A stretch of 64,000 bases of DNA from contig CALLIV010000116.1 of assembly GCA_938008885.1 (NCBI GenBank), forward strand, positions 1,366 to 65,365, read 5' to 3'. A program made the position numbers and the translations under genes. Positions 38,281-48,183 of the stretch are shown one piece after another (position 1 is the first letter of the stretch; each line of letters opens with the position of its first letter). The DNA is from an uncultured Rhodospirillales bacterium (GTDB lineage Bacteria; Pseudomonadota; Alphaproteobacteria; Acetobacterales; Acetobacteraceae). Under the pieces are notes generated by a model. The model did not search any database, had not been told where the DNA came from, and saw nothing but the letters and a program-made list of their open reading frames with translations.

Positions 38281-38610
38281 TCAGTCGACCGAGAAGCTCG
38301 TCCCGCAGCCGCAGGCCGACTTGGCGTTCGGGTTGCGCACCGCGAAGTGGCTGCCCATCAGCGCGTCCGTGAAGTCGAGCTCCGCGCCCGCGAGCAGATC
38401 GAGGCTCGCGCTGTCCACCAGCACGCGCGCGGCGCCGCGCTCGATCACGAGGTCGTCCTCCTGCTTCGTGTCATCCAGCTCGAAGCGGTACTGGAACCCG
38501 CTGCAGCCGCCGGCCAGCACGGCGACGCGCAACGCTGCGTCCCGGCCCTCCGCGGCCACGATCTCGGCAATCCGCGCTGCCGCGCGGTCGGTCACGGCAA
38601 ACTGGCTCAT
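38281..38610 (-). CDS. erpA: HesB/IscA-family Fe-S carrier (ErpA-like)
   Basis: GGCSGFQY and NPNA...CGCGTSF motifs. Confidence 0.93.
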   Translation of the reverse strand: MSQFAVTDRAAARIAEIVAAEGRDAALRVAVLAGGCSGFQYRFELDDTKQEDDLVIERGAARVLVDSASLDLLAGAELDFTDALMGSHFAVRNPNAKSACGCGTSFSVD

Positions 38611-38678
38611 GCTCGCGAAGATAGGGTCGGAGCGCGTGGAATTGAAGCGGCACGCTGCGCGGTGTAAGGCCGGAGGGG

Positions 38679-39827
38679 ATGACGCTCGCCCCCTACGCGG
38701 TCCAGGCCGCCACCGCCCGCGGCCGGCTCCACCCGGAGCCGGAGGCGCCGACGCGTTCCCCCTGGCAGCGCGATCGCGACCGGATCATCCACAGCTCCGC
38801 CTTCCGCAAGCTGCAGTACAAGACCCAGGTCTTCGTCAACCACGAGGGCGATTTCTATCGCACGCGCCTGACCCATTCGATCGAGGTCGCGCAGATCGCC
38901 CGCTCCGTCGCCCGCGCCCTCGGCCTCGACGAGGACCTGACGGAGGCGCTGGCGCTCGCCCATGACCTGGGCCATCCACCCTTCGGCCATGCGGGGGAGG
39001 AGGCGCTGAACCTCACCATGAAGCCGTTCGGCGGCTTCGACCACAACGCCCAGAGCCTGCGCGTCGTCACCCTGCTCGAGAGCCGCTATGCCGGCTGGGA
39101 CGGGCTGAACCTGACCTGGGAGACGCTGGAAGGGCTCGCCAAGCACAACGGCCCGCTGCGCAATCCGCCCCCCTACATCGCCGACTACAACGACCGGCAC
39201 CGGCTGGACCTCGGCACCCATGCCTCGGCCGAGGCGCAGGTCGCGGCGATGGCCGACGACATCGCCTATCATAGCCACGACCTGGACGATGGGCTGCGCG
39301 CGCGGCTGTTCGGCCCCGACGACATCGCGCACCTGCCGATCGTGAAGGACGCGCTGGGCGCGGCCCGCCGCTCCAGCCTCGACGTGCCGCCGCCCCGGTT
39401 GCGGCACGAGACGATCCGCCGCGTGATCGATGCGCTGGTGTCCGACCTGATCGGGGAGACGCAGCGGCGGCTTGCCAGGCTCGAGCCCAAGGATGCGGAC
39501 GCGATCCGGAAGGCGCGGCAGCGCGTGGTGTCGTTCAGCGCGCCGATGGCGGAGGCGAACCAGGTCATCAAGGACTTCCTGTTCGCCCGCATGTACCGCC
39601 ACTGGCGGGTCAACCGCATGACCCGCAAGGCCCGCTCGCTGACCGAGGAGGTGTTCCGCCTGCTGCATGCCGACCCGTCCCTTCTGCCCGACGACTGGCG
39701 CGGGCGGGCAGGAGAGGGCGGCACGCAGCGTGCGGCGGTGGTCGTCGGCGACTACGTGGCAGGCATGACCGACCGCTACGCGATGGACGAGCACCGAAGG
39801 CTGACGGATATCTCGGTCAGCGGCTGA
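38679..39827 (+). CDS. dgt: Deoxyguanosinetriphosphate triphosphohydrolase (HD domain)
   Basis: RDRDRIIHSSAFRKLQYKTQV, RTRLTHS, AHDLGHPPFGHAGE and DYVAGMTD motifs. Confidence 0.95.
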   Translation: MTLAPYAVQAATARGRLHPEPEAPTRSPWQRDRDRIIHSSAFRKLQYKTQVFVNHEGDFYRTRLTHSIEVAQIARSVARALGLDEDLTEALALAHDLGHPPFGHAGEEALNLTMKPFGGFDHNAQSLRVVTLLESRYAGWDGLNLTWETLEGLAKHNGPLRNPPPYIADYNDRHRLDLGTHASAEAQVAAMADDIAYHSHDLDDGLRARLFGPDDIAHLPIVKDALGAARRSSLDVPPPRLRHETIRRVIDALVSDLIGETQRRLARLEPKDADAIRKARQRVVSFSAPMAEANQVIKDFLFARMYRHWRVNRMTRKARSLTEEVFRLLHADPSLLPDDWRGRAGEGGTQRAAVVVGDYVAGMTDRYAMDEHRRLTDISVSG

Positions 39828-40530
39828 GGGCCTGCTGCAGCTCCGCCTTGCTCATGTGTGAGCGCCCTTCGACGCCGCGGCGCCGCGCCATCGCGTAGAG
39901 TTCCGCGCGGGTCTTCTCGCGACCGCGGCTGGCCGTCTTGCGGGCCGCGCCGGCCGACGTCTTGCGCGCGCTGCCGGCCCGCTTGGGGGACGTGCTCGCC
40001 GACGGTCGCGCGGTGCTCGTGTCTTTCCGCGCGCTGGATGCGGTCTTGCGGGAGCTGCCCGTCGTGCTGCGGGCGGAGCTTGCGGCCTTCCGCGCGCCGC
40101 CTGTCGTCTTGCGCGCAGGGGCCGTCGCTTTCCGCGCGCCGTTGGTCGTCTTGTCCGCGCTGCGGCTCGCCGCCTTGCGCGGTGTGGACTTCGCCGTGGT
40201 CTTGCGCGCGCTGCCGCCGGTGCCGTTGGGTGCACTGCCGCTCTTGCGCGTGGACGCACGACGCGCGCTTCCGCGATTGATCGCGGTGCGGCCTTCCTTC
40301 TCCTGCTGGGCGGTCTCGCCGCGGCGCTCCTTCGACTTGGTGCGCGCGAGGGATTGGCGATTCCGCTTCGGGCTCTCCTGGTTGGACGCGCCCGCCTCCC
40401 GCAGCCCGATGGCGATCGCCTGACGCGGGTTCTTCACCTTGCGGCCGCCGGCCGCCTCCAACTCGCCATGCTTGAACTCGTGCATGACGCGCCCGACGGT
40501 CTTCTTCTGTTCGGTCGATTCCTTGGCCAT
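39817..40530 (-). CDS. DUF6496-type protein with a basic Ala/Arg/Lys/Thr repeat linker and a Rho-N-like C-terminal module
   Basis: VMHEFKHGEL...VKNPRQAIAIGLREA; repeats of ARK(T/A); C-terminal TRAELYAMARRRGVEGRSHMSKAEL. Confidence 0.75.
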   Translation of the reverse strand: MAKESTEQKKTVGRVMHEFKHGELEAAGGRKVKNPRQAIAIGLREAGASNQESPKRNRQSLARTKSKERRGETAQQEKEGRTAINRGSARRASTRKSGSAPNGTGGSARKTTAKSTPRKAASRSADKTTNGARKATAPARKTTGGARKAASSARSTTGSSRKTASSARKDTSTARPSASTSPKRAGSARKTSAGAARKTASRGREKTRAELYAMARRRGVEGRSHMSKAELQQALSR

Positions 40531-40539
40531 TCCGTTGCT

Positions 40540-40564
40540 CCGGTCCGATATCCAATCGGACCGG
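40540..40564. promoter_or_regulatory. Perfect 10-bp inverted repeat 9 nt upstream of the DUF6496 start codon
   Basis: CCGGTCCGAT-ATCCA-ATCGGACCGG. Confidence 0.5.
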
Positions 40565-40662
40565 GAACGAGGCCTGCACGCAGCGGTTGTTGCCGCTTAG
40601 CGCAACATTCCGTGTGCGGCGTCAGCGCGCGGTTTCCGGCTGTCCGCCTGGATCGCCTGGGG

Positions 40663-42264
40663 TCAGGCCGTCTTGCGCTCGATGTTCCACATGATCGGCA
40701 GGCCGAAATCGATGACGCCACTGAGTTCCCGGCGCCAAGCGGCGGGGCTGGAGAACTGGCCGGCGATCGGGAAGGTGGCGGCCTCGAAGGCGGCCTTCTG
40801 GATGGAGGCGGCGATGCCCTGCCGCTTGGCCGGATCGCCCTCGGCCTCGAATTGCGCGATCAGCGGTGTCAGGTCCGCGCTGCAGTAGTTGTAGGGCTGG
40901 TTGCCGGTGCAGTTGTAGCCCACGCCGGGATTGCTCAGCGGATTGGCCATGTCGAAGCCGGGATACACGACGGGCACCAGCGACCAGCCGCCCGCATCCA
41001 GCGGCGCGCGGCCGATCCAGCGCTGCGCGATGCTGGACCAGTCCTGCGTCTGGACATCCAGGTTGAAGCCGGCGCGCTTGAGCTGGTCGGACATCACCAA
41101 CCCGATCGGGTTGAGCAGCGCCGAGTCGCCGGGCAGCAGGAACACCACGCGTTCGCCCTTGTAGCCTGACGTCTTCAGCAATTCGCGTGCGTGCGCGATG
41201 GAGGAGCCGGTCAGGTCCTTGCCGGCATCGGATGCGTAGAAGGTGCCGGCCATGAACAGCGAGGCCTGGGCCGGATCGGCGAGGCCGTGCGGAAGGCCGA
41301 GCCCATCCAGCACCTCCGATCGGATCATCGCCGCTTCCGCCGCGCGGCGGATCAGCACGTTGTCGAACGGCGGCTGGAGGTGGTTGATGCTGAGCGCGGC
41401 CATCATCAGCGCCGGGCCGCCCGCCTTGGCGACGACGATGTCCTTGTTGGTCATGAAACCGGACAGGAAGTCGAACGGCGCGTATTCCAGGTAGTCGACC
41501 TCGTTGGTCTGCAGCGCCGCGGCGCGCGTCGCGAGTTCCGGCATGGTCAGCAGTTCGGCACGTTCGACCTTCACCACCTTGCCGCCGGCGAGCCCGTCCG
41601 CGGGTTCGTTGCGCGGCACGTAGTCGGGATTGCGGCGGAAGGTGGCACGCTCACCGGGCACCCACTCCTCGCGGTTGAATAGATAAGGGCCGGAGCCGAC
41701 GATCTCCTTCACCGGCGTGGTCGGCGGTGCGGAGTTGGCGATGCGCGCCGGCATGATGAACGGCACCTGCACGCTGGGCTTGCCCAGCGCGTCGAGGACG
41801 AGCCCGAACGGACGCGACAATTCCAGCACGAAATTGCGCTCATCGACCTGGCGCAGTTCCTTGGTGGCCGCCATCAGGCGGCGGCCCAGCGCGTCGCGGG
41901 CACCCCAGCGCTTGAGGGAGGCGATGCAGTCCTCGGACGTGACGGGCTGCCCGTCGCTGAACTTCAGGCCGGGGCGCAGCGTGAAGGTGTAGACCATTCC
42001 GCCATCGGTGATCTTCCAGCCTTCCAGCATCTGCGGGCGGAACTGGCCCTTGCTGTCCATCGAGATCAGCGTGTCATAAACCATGTAGGCGAAGTTGCGC
42101 GTCACGAAGGACGGGCCGGCGATCGGATCCAGCGTCTGCAGGCCGACATTCAGCACCAGCTTCAGCGGACGGTCGGAGCTGGCGGCGCGGGCGCGCCCGA
42201 CATGAATGGCCGGCAGCGCGAGCCCGGCGGCGACAAGCGTTCGACGTGACAGAGGGAGAGCCAT
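40663..42264 (-). CDS. Family 5 (Dpp/Opp-like) ABC substrate-binding protein with Tat signal
   Basis: SRRTLV motif; YDTL, YTFTLRPGLKFSDG and GSGPY motifs. Confidence 0.92.
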   Translation of the reverse strand: MALPLSRRTLVAAGLALPAIHVGRARAASSDRPLKLVLNVGLQTLDPIAGPSFVTRNFAYMVYDTLISMDSKGQFRPQMLEGWKITDGGMVYTFTLRPGLKFSDGQPVTSEDCIASLKRWGARDALGRRLMAATKELRQVDERNFVLELSRPFGLVLDALGKPSVQVPFIMPARIANSAPPTTPVKEIVGSGPYLFNREEWVPGERATFRRNPDYVPRNEPADGLAGGKVVKVERAELLTMPELATRAAALQTNEVDYLEYAPFDFLSGFMTNKDIVVAKAGGPALMMAALSINHLQPPFDNVLIRRAAEAAMIRSEVLDGLGLPHGLADPAQASLFMAGTFYASDAGKDLTGSSIAHARELLKTSGYKGERVVFLLPGDSALLNPIGLVMSDQLKRAGFNLDVQTQDWSSIAQRWIGRAPLDAGGWSLVPVVYPGFDMANPLSNPGVGYNCTGNQPYNYCSADLTPLIAQFEAEGDPAKRQGIAASIQKAAFEAATFPIAGQFSSPAAWRRELSGVIDFGLPIMWNIERKTA

Positions 42265-42288
42265 GGCGAGACCTTTCAGGCGAGGTAG

Positions 42289-43431
42289 TCAGGCCGATCG
42301 CGACGGCATCCGAAGTCCACGCGATACGAGCAGCGGCAGGACCCCGTCGGTGAACCGATCGAGGCCATCGACGAAATCGACCCAGGTCAGCAGCACGCCA
42401 TCCAGGCCGGCATCCGACAGGATCTGCAGGCGCTCCGCGATGTCCCCGGCCGTGCCGACCAGACCGGAGCCCCCGGCGCCGGCCGCGAAGCGCTGACGAA
42501 ACGCACGCACAGCCTCGGGCGAGGTCAGGATCTTCGTCTGCGATCCCACACCCGCGCTCCACGCATCCAGGCTCGGTCCGTCTTCCATCTCGACCGAGAA
42601 GTGATGCAAGTAGCGTTCCGCTTCCTCGCGCGTCTCCCGCTGCACGCAGTAGGCATAGGTCCAGACCTGCACGGTCCGCCCGAACCGATCCAATGCCATC
42701 CGCTTGTAGGCGGCGATCTGGCGGGCGATGTCCGCAGGCTCTTCCGATCGCAGGATCAGGAAGCAGATATCGGCGAATTCGCAGGCAAATGCCTGGCCGC
42801 GATCCGATCCGCCGGCATTGACGATCGGCGGACGCGGCTGCTGCAGCGGCTTCGGCATGGAGGAGCCGCGGACGACGTGGAAGAAGCGGCCTTCGTGGTC
42901 GAACTCCTCGGGTTCGACCCACAGGCGCTGCACGATCTCCAACCACTCCTGAAGGTGGTCATAGCGCGCATCATGTTCGGCCATGGGCGCGTCGAACATC
43001 GCGAGCTCCGGCCCGTTCCAGCCACCCACCACGTTCAGCGCCATGCGCCCGCCGGAGATGATGTCGATGGTCGCGCACTGCTTGGCCGCGGCGATCGGAT
43101 GCAGCGTCGGCGCATGCACGGTGGGGATCACCGCGACCTGCCGCGTCGCCTGGGCGATGGCGGCGCACCAGGTGAACGGATCGAGCGTGATGCCGCTGGC
43201 GTGGTCTGGCCGGCCGGCGATGTAGCCCTTCCAGCGGGCATAGGCGAGGATCGCCTCGAACCCCGCCGCATCGGCAAGCTGCGCAGTCTTGACCGAGGCC
43301 GGCCAGGTCGGCCGATACGCTTCCGGCACCAGCGTCTGGGCGGCGCCTTTCCCGTTCGTGCCGAAGATTCCCAGCTTGAGCCGGTTGGCATTGAACAGGG
43401 GATTGCCGCCCATCGCCGGTGCCGCGGTCAT
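42289..43431 (-). CDS. Luciferase-like (LLM) flavin-dependent monooxygenase
   Basis: Start ATG 43431 overlaps the amidase stop (ATGA). ARWKGY, TIDIISGGRMALNVVGGWN, PKPLQQPRPPIVNAGGS motifs. Confidence 0.9.
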   Translation of the reverse strand: MTAAPAMGGNPLFNANRLKLGIFGTNGKGAAQTLVPEAYRPTWPASVKTAQLADAAGFEAILAYARWKGYIAGRPDHASGITLDPFTWCAAIAQATRQVAVIPTVHAPTLHPIAAAKQCATIDIISGGRMALNVVGGWNGPELAMFDAPMAEHDARYDHLQEWLEIVQRLWVEPEEFDHEGRFFHVVRGSSMPKPLQQPRPPIVNAGGSDRGQAFACEFADICFLILRSEEPADIARQIAAYKRMALDRFGRTVQVWTYAYCVQRETREEAERYLHHFSVEMEDGPSLDAWSAGVGSQTKILTSPEAVRAFRQRFAAGAGGSGLVGTAGDIAERLQILSDAGLDGVLLTWVDFVDGLDRFTDGVLPLLVSRGLRMPSRSA

Positions 43432-44822
43432 GCGACGACCGGCGTGACGGTGTTCCGCACCCAACCAGCGATCGCTGCCAGCGTCGCGTCGGTGTGCATC
43501 TGTCCGATCACCTGCACGCCGACCGGCAGCTCGCCGATCGCCATCAGCGGCAGCGTGATGGTGGGCGAACCGAGCACCGAGGTGGGCGCGTTGAAGTTTG
43601 GCAGGCCCGTGGTGTGGGTGATGCCGCTGTCCTTCGCGCTGTTGTTCATCGGCGGCGCGGGACCGACGGAGCTGACGCTGATGAGCCCGTCCGCAAGACC
43701 AGCGATCGCGGCGAAGGCATCGCGTGCCTGCTGACGCAGCAACAGCACCTTGCGGTAGTCGTCCAGGCTCATGCCGCGGGCCAGTGTCAGGCGCGACATC
43801 ATGCTGTCGCTCAGGCCGGTGGGGAAACGCTCGACCAGGTTCTCCAGCGTCCAGCGCAGCTCGTAGCCGCACACGTCGCGGCAGATCGCCAGGCTGTCGG
43901 AGATCGCCGCTTCGAACTGCTCGATCAGCGGGCTGTCGCTGCGGCGCAGGATCGTGACCCCCGCTTTCTCGAGCTGGGTCAGCACCTGGGCGAACGCCTC
44001 GCCCACGCGCGGCTCCATCAAGGGCCAGCCTTCGCTCTCCATGACGATGAGGCGGGCGGGCTTCAGTGGTGCGCGCAGCGTGGCCTCGCCATACAGGCCC
44101 GGATGACCCGGATCGCCGCCGGAGCGCTGCCCCATTTCCCACAGCACGTTCCACATGTCGGCCAGGTCGCCGGCATGCACGCCGATATGGCTCTGGCTGA
44201 ACGCGAGCCGCTCCCCGCGATGCAGCGCGCCCAAGGTGGGCTTGATCGCCGTGTTCGCGCAGAACCCGGCGGGACGGATCACCGATCCCACGACCTGCGT
44301 GCCCAGTGTCGCGGGCACCATGCCGGCGCCCACGGCGGCGGCGGACCCCGAGGACGACCCACCCGGCGTGTGGTCCGGATTGAACGGGTTGGTGGTGGGG
44401 CCCGGATGCGACATGCCCAGTTCGGTGGTGACCGTCTTGCCCAGGATGATCGCACCCGCCTGGCGCAGCGCGAGCACGCTGGCGGAATCCATCCGGGTCT
44501 GCGCGCCCTTGAATAACGGCGTGCCCTGTTCGGTAGGCATGTCCTTGGTCTGCAGCAGGTCCTTGATGCCGACCGGCATGCCGTCGATGGAGGAAAGCGC
44601 GCGCCCAGCCTTGTAGCGCGCGGTTGCCGCGTCGGCGGCGGCGCGGGCGCCGGCCTCGTTCAGCGTGACCCACGCCTTCACCGCCGGCTCCCGCGTCGCG
44701 ATGGTGTCCAGGCAACGCTCCAGATAGGCACGCGGCGTATCGGTGCCGTCACGGAAAGCCGGCACCGCATCGTGGAAGGTCAGCGGCCGGAACGTCGCCG
44801 GATCGTAGGTCGATGAGGTCAT
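43428..44822 (-). CDS. Amidase-signature family protein
   Basis: GMPVGIKD, GKTVTTE, TPGGSSSGSAAAV and GTQVVGSVIRPA motifs. Confidence 0.92.
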   Translation of the reverse strand: MTSSTYDPATFRPLTFHDAVPAFRDGTDTPRAYLERCLDTIATREPAVKAWVTLNEAGARAAADAATARYKAGRALSSIDGMPVGIKDLLQTKDMPTEQGTPLFKGAQTRMDSASVLALRQAGAIILGKTVTTELGMSHPGPTTNPFNPDHTPGGSSSGSAAAVGAGMVPATLGTQVVGSVIRPAGFCANTAIKPTLGALHRGERLAFSQSHIGVHAGDLADMWNVLWEMGQRSGGDPGHPGLYGEATLRAPLKPARLIVMESEGWPLMEPRVGEAFAQVLTQLEKAGVTILRRSDSPLIEQFEAAISDSLAICRDVCGYELRWTLENLVERFPTGLSDSMMSRLTLARGMSLDDYRKVLLLRQQARDAFAAIAGLADGLISVSSVGPAPPMNNSAKDSGITHTTGLPNFNAPTSVLGSPTITLPLMAIGELPVGVQVIGQMHTDATLAAIAGWVRNTVTPVVA

Positions 44823-44840
44823 GGGATCGGGCTTTCCGGT

Positions 44841-45671
44841 TCAGGCGTTCTCGTGATGCGCGGCCCAGGCCTCGGCGACTTCCGAACCGGTGGCGAACCA
44901 GACGTTCGGGAAGCGCTGGATCCAGGCGATCATCTCGCGCAGCAGGGCGATGCGGCTGGGCCGGCCGGTCACCTGCGGGTGCATCACCAGGTTGTACAGT
45001 CCGCCCCAGCGATACAGTTCGCGGAACTCGTCCTGGAACACCTGCAGGATGTGGCTGTTGGGGAAGATCGGCCGCGGCGACTTGATGGCGAACAGCGCAT
45101 GCGGCGCGTCGTCGGTGCTCCAATGCCAGGGGAGTTCGATCGGGCCGCGGCTTCCGTCCGGCAGTTCCATTCGATACGGCACGACGTCGTCGAGCAGGGA
45201 GCTGTCGTAGAGGAAGTCGTGCTTCTGCAGCAGGCGGATCAGGTTGTCGCTGGTCTCGCCGGCGGGGGAGCGATAGCCGCGCGGCACCACGCCTATGGTG
45301 CGCTTCAGCGCCTCCAGGCCGCGCTCCATCTCCTCGACCTCCTGGTCGGGATGATCGGGATGCACCCATTTGTGGGAGTAGCTGTGATGCGCGACCTCGT
45401 GGCCGGCGCGGACGATCATTTCGGCCCGGTCCGTGTACTTCTCGGCGGTCCAGCCAGGCACGAAGAACGTGCCCTTCAGGCCGTACTCGTCCAGCACCTC
45501 CAGGATCTTCGGCACGCCCACCTTGGCGCCGTAGACCCCCTGGCTGAGCGTTCCGGGGCGGCGTGCGTTTTCCGGATCGCGCGACAGCCAGAGCGTCTCC
45601 GCGTCGAAATCGAATGTCAGCATGACCGCGATCTGGGCCCCGTTGGGCCATTTCACCTTCTTGTCGATCAT
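44841..45671 (-). CDS. Polysaccharide deacetylase / PuuE-like (CE4) hydrolase
   Basis: LTFDFDAE, GTFFVPG, GHEVAHHSYSH, GYRSP and HPQVTGRP motifs; start ATG 45671. Confidence 0.88.
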   Translation of the reverse strand: MIDKKVKWPNGAQIAVMLTFDFDAETLWLSRDPENARRPGTLSQGVYGAKVGVPKILEVLDEYGLKGTFFVPGWTAEKYTDRAEMIVRAGHEVAHHSYSHKWVHPDHPDQEVEEMERGLEALKRTIGVVPRGYRSPAGETSDNLIRLLQKHDFLYDSSLLDDVVPYRMELPDGSRGPIELPWHWSTDDAPHALFAIKSPRPIFPNSHILQVFQDEFRELYRWGGLYNLVMHPQVTGRPSRIALLREMIAWIQRFPNVWFATGSEVAEAWAAHHENA

Positions 45672-45685
45672 CTGGGTGTCCTTCC

Positions 45686-46471
45686 TCATGGCCAGCCGGC
45701 GCCGTCCGGCGGCGGGTGTCGCGCGGCCAGCCAGCCGCCATCGACCGCCAGCACCTGGCCGGTGATGAACGACGCATCGTCCGACGCCAGGAACGTGATG
45801 GCGGCGGCGATTTCCTCGGGCTTTCCCGATCGGCGCAGCGGCGCGGGGTCGAGCACGGCACGGCGGTAATACGGGTTCTTCAGGTGGTTCTCGGTCATCT
45901 GCGTCTCGATCACGCCGGGGGCTACCGCGTTGACCAGGATGCCGTCGGGCCCGACCTCACCGGCGAGCTGGCGGGTGAACTGTGCGACGCCCGCCTTGGC
46001 GACCGCATAGGCGGTGGTGCCGGGCCAGCCGGCGAGGCCCAGCGTGGAGGAGGTGTTGACGATGCGCCCGCCGGGGCGCGTGAGATGCGGCAGCACGCCG
46101 CGGGTGATGCGCAGCACGGCCTTTAGGTTGGTGTCGATGAACCGGTCGATCAGCGCGTCGTCGGAATCGGCCAGCCGCTTGGACCCGCCGATGCCGGCGT
46201 TGTTCACCAGGATGTCGATCCGGCCGAACGCGTCCAGCGCGGCTTGCGCCAACGCCTCCCCGGCACCTGTGGCGGTGACGTCGAGCTGGTGGGCGACGGC
46301 GCCGATCGCGGCGGCGCGGCCCGCGACGGCCGCGCTGCGGTCGGCCAGCAGCACCTGGGCGCCCTCGGCGGCGAAGCGCGCGGCGGTGGCGGCGCCGATG
46401 CCGTCGGCGGCCCCGGTGACGATCGCGACCTTTCCCTTGAAACGATCCGGATCAGGCAAGCCGGCCTCCAT
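45686..46471 (-). CDS. Short-chain dehydrogenase/reductase
   Basis: TGAADGIG, NNAG and YAVAK motifs; TTG 46459 is an alternative start. Confidence 0.93.
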   Translation of the reverse strand: MEAGLPDPDRFKGKVAIVTGAADGIGAATAARFAAEGAQVLLADRSAAVAGRAAAIGAVAHQLDVTATGAGEALAQAALDAFGRIDILVNNAGIGGSKRLADSDDALIDRFIDTNLKAVLRITRGVLPHLTRPGGRIVNTSSTLGLAGWPGTTAYAVAKAGVAQFTRQLAGEVGPDGILVNAVAPGVIETQMTENHLKNPYYRRAVLDPAPLRRSGKPEEIAAAITFLASDDASFITGQVLAVDGGWLAARHPPPDGAGWP

Positions 46472-47222
46472 CGACGGGGAGCGCGGCGCCGGTGATGAAC
46501 GAGGCGGCGTCGCTCAGCAGGAACACGACTGCCTCCGTCACCTCGCGGGTTTCGCCGAAGCGTCCGAGCGGGTGGCGGGCGCGGAATTCGGCTTCTCGGG
46601 CGGCGCGGAGTTCGGGGGTGGGGGCGCCGGCGAAGGTCGCCTCGAGCATCGGCGTCTGGATCGAACCGGGGCAGACGCAGTTCATCCGGATGCCTTCCGC
46701 GGCATGGCCGCGCGCGACGGAGCGGGTCATGCTGATCACGGCGGCCTTGGTCGCGGCGTAGGCCGGCATCGCGGGGGAGGCGACCAGGCCGGCCGCCGAG
46801 GCGAAGGCGACGATGGAGCCGCCGCCCGCGTCGCGCATCACCGGCAGCACGGCCTTCAGCGTGAGCCACGTGCCTTTCACGTTGACCGCGAACAGCCGGT
46901 CCCAATCGGCTTCCTCGACCTCGGGCAGCGGCTTCGTGGGGCCGATCAGCCCGGCGGCGGTGGCGAGCAGCGTCAGCTTGCCGAGGCCTGCCGCCGCCGC
47001 GACGGCGCGGGTGATGTCGGCTGCGACGGTGACGTCACCTGCGACCACGACCGAACCCGGGCAGGCGGCCTCGGTCGTGCGCAAGCCCGCTTCGTCGCGA
47101 TCGAACAGCACGACACGCGCGCCCTGGCTGGCCAGGCGTTCCGCGGTGCCACGACCGAGGCCTGAGGCCGCGCCGGTGACGAGCGCGACCTTGCCTGTGA
47201 AGGAGGTGGCGGACTCAGGCAT
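46452..47222 (-). CDS. Short-chain dehydrogenase/reductase
   Basis: TGAASGLG, YAATK and NCVCPG motifs. Confidence 0.93.
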   Translation of the reverse strand: MPESATSFTGKVALVTGAASGLGRGTAERLASQGARVVLFDRDEAGLRTTEAACPGSVVVAGDVTVAADITRAVAAAAGLGKLTLLATAAGLIGPTKPLPEVEEADWDRLFAVNVKGTWLTLKAVLPVMRDAGGGSIVAFASAAGLVASPAMPAYAATKAAVISMTRSVARGHAAEGIRMNCVCPGSIQTPMLEATFAGAPTPELRAAREAEFRARHPLGRFGETREVTEAVVFLLSDAASFITGAALPVDGGRLA

Positions 47223-47280
47223 GAGGGCACACGAGGTTCATCTGCACACCGCCGCATCTCTACCGTTGTGTCGACGCGAG

Positions 47281-47299
47281 CGTATTGCTATGCGATACG
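47281..47299. promoter_or_regulatory. Imperfect palindrome in the divergent promoter; candidate IclR operator
   Basis: CGTATTGC-TAT-GCGATACG, 8-bp arms with one mismatch. Confidence 0.5.
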
Positions 47300-47338
47300 A
47301 CCGCATCGGAAATCAATCGTAGGGACCGGATCTCCAGG

Positions 47339-48124
47339 ATGTCAAACCCCAAGACGCGTGACGACGCGTCCGTCGACCCGCGGCTGTTCCTGCAGACGGT
47401 GGCGCGGACCATGCGGGTGCTGGAGGGGTTCGGAAGAAAGCAGGGGCCGCAATCGCTGGCCGAACTCGCCGCGGCCGCGGAGATCGACAAGTCGGCCGCG
47501 CAGCGCATCTGCTACACGCTGCAAACCCTGGGCTACCTCGAGCGGGACGCGGCGACCGGCGGGCTGCGGCCGGGCCTCAAGGTGCTCGACCGCACCTTCG
47601 ACTTCCTGCGCATGCACCCGCTGATCGAGCGGGCGGTCCCGGTGCTGGCGGAGCTGCGGGCGATGACCGGCCAGCGCGTCGATCTCAGCCTACTGGACGA
47701 CCTGTCGATCATCTACGCGCAGCGGCTGCAGAACCGTCGGGAGACGTTCGTCGCCTCGCTGGTCGGTCGGCGCCTGCCGACCTGGTGCAGTTCGGGGGGG
47801 CGCGCGATGCTGGCCTCGCTGCCGGATGCCGAGGTGGACTCGATCCTGCACCGGTCCGATCGCCGCCGTTTCACGCCGCACACGGTCACGGATCTTGCCG
47901 CCATCTGGGACAAGATCCGCGCGGCTCGGCGCGACGGCTTCGCCTTCACGGAGCAGGAGTGGATCATGGGCGAGATGGTGGTGGCCGCGGCGGTGACCGA
48001 CGCGGCGGAGCGCCCGGTCGCCGCGATCCATATCGCGGGATCGCTGGCGGAGTGGGACGCGCGCGGCTTCCAGCTTCGCATGGGGCCGCCGGTGATCGAG
48101 GCGGCGCGTTCGATCAGCGCCTGA
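47339..48124 (+). CDS. IclR family transcriptional regulator
   Basis: Start ATG 47339. N-terminal HTH (RTMRVLE..SLAELAAAAEIDKSAAQRICYTL); C-terminal SSGGRAML motif. Confidence 0.93.
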   Translation: MSNPKTRDDASVDPRLFLQTVARTMRVLEGFGRKQGPQSLAELAAAAEIDKSAAQRICYTLQTLGYLERDAATGGLRPGLKVLDRTFDFLRMHPLIERAVPVLAELRAMTGQRVDLSLLDDLSIIYAQRLQNRRETFVASLVGRRLPTWCSSGGRAMLASLPDAEVDSILHRSDRRRFTPHTVTDLAAIWDKIRAARRDGFAFTEQEWIMGEMVVAAAVTDAAERPVAAIHIAGSLAEWDARGFQLRMGPPVIEAARSISA

Positions 48125-48183
48125 GCGGCGGCGCGCGAGGGGGTTCGCAGTCCGGCCGGTCAGCCCCCCGCGCGATCAGCGCC

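Noticed and set aside
42289-44715. 808-aa ORF as an amidase-LLM fusion
   Set aside because: The amidase is in another frame; the LLM starts at ATG 43431 by ATGA overlap, and the upstream extension is shadow sequence.
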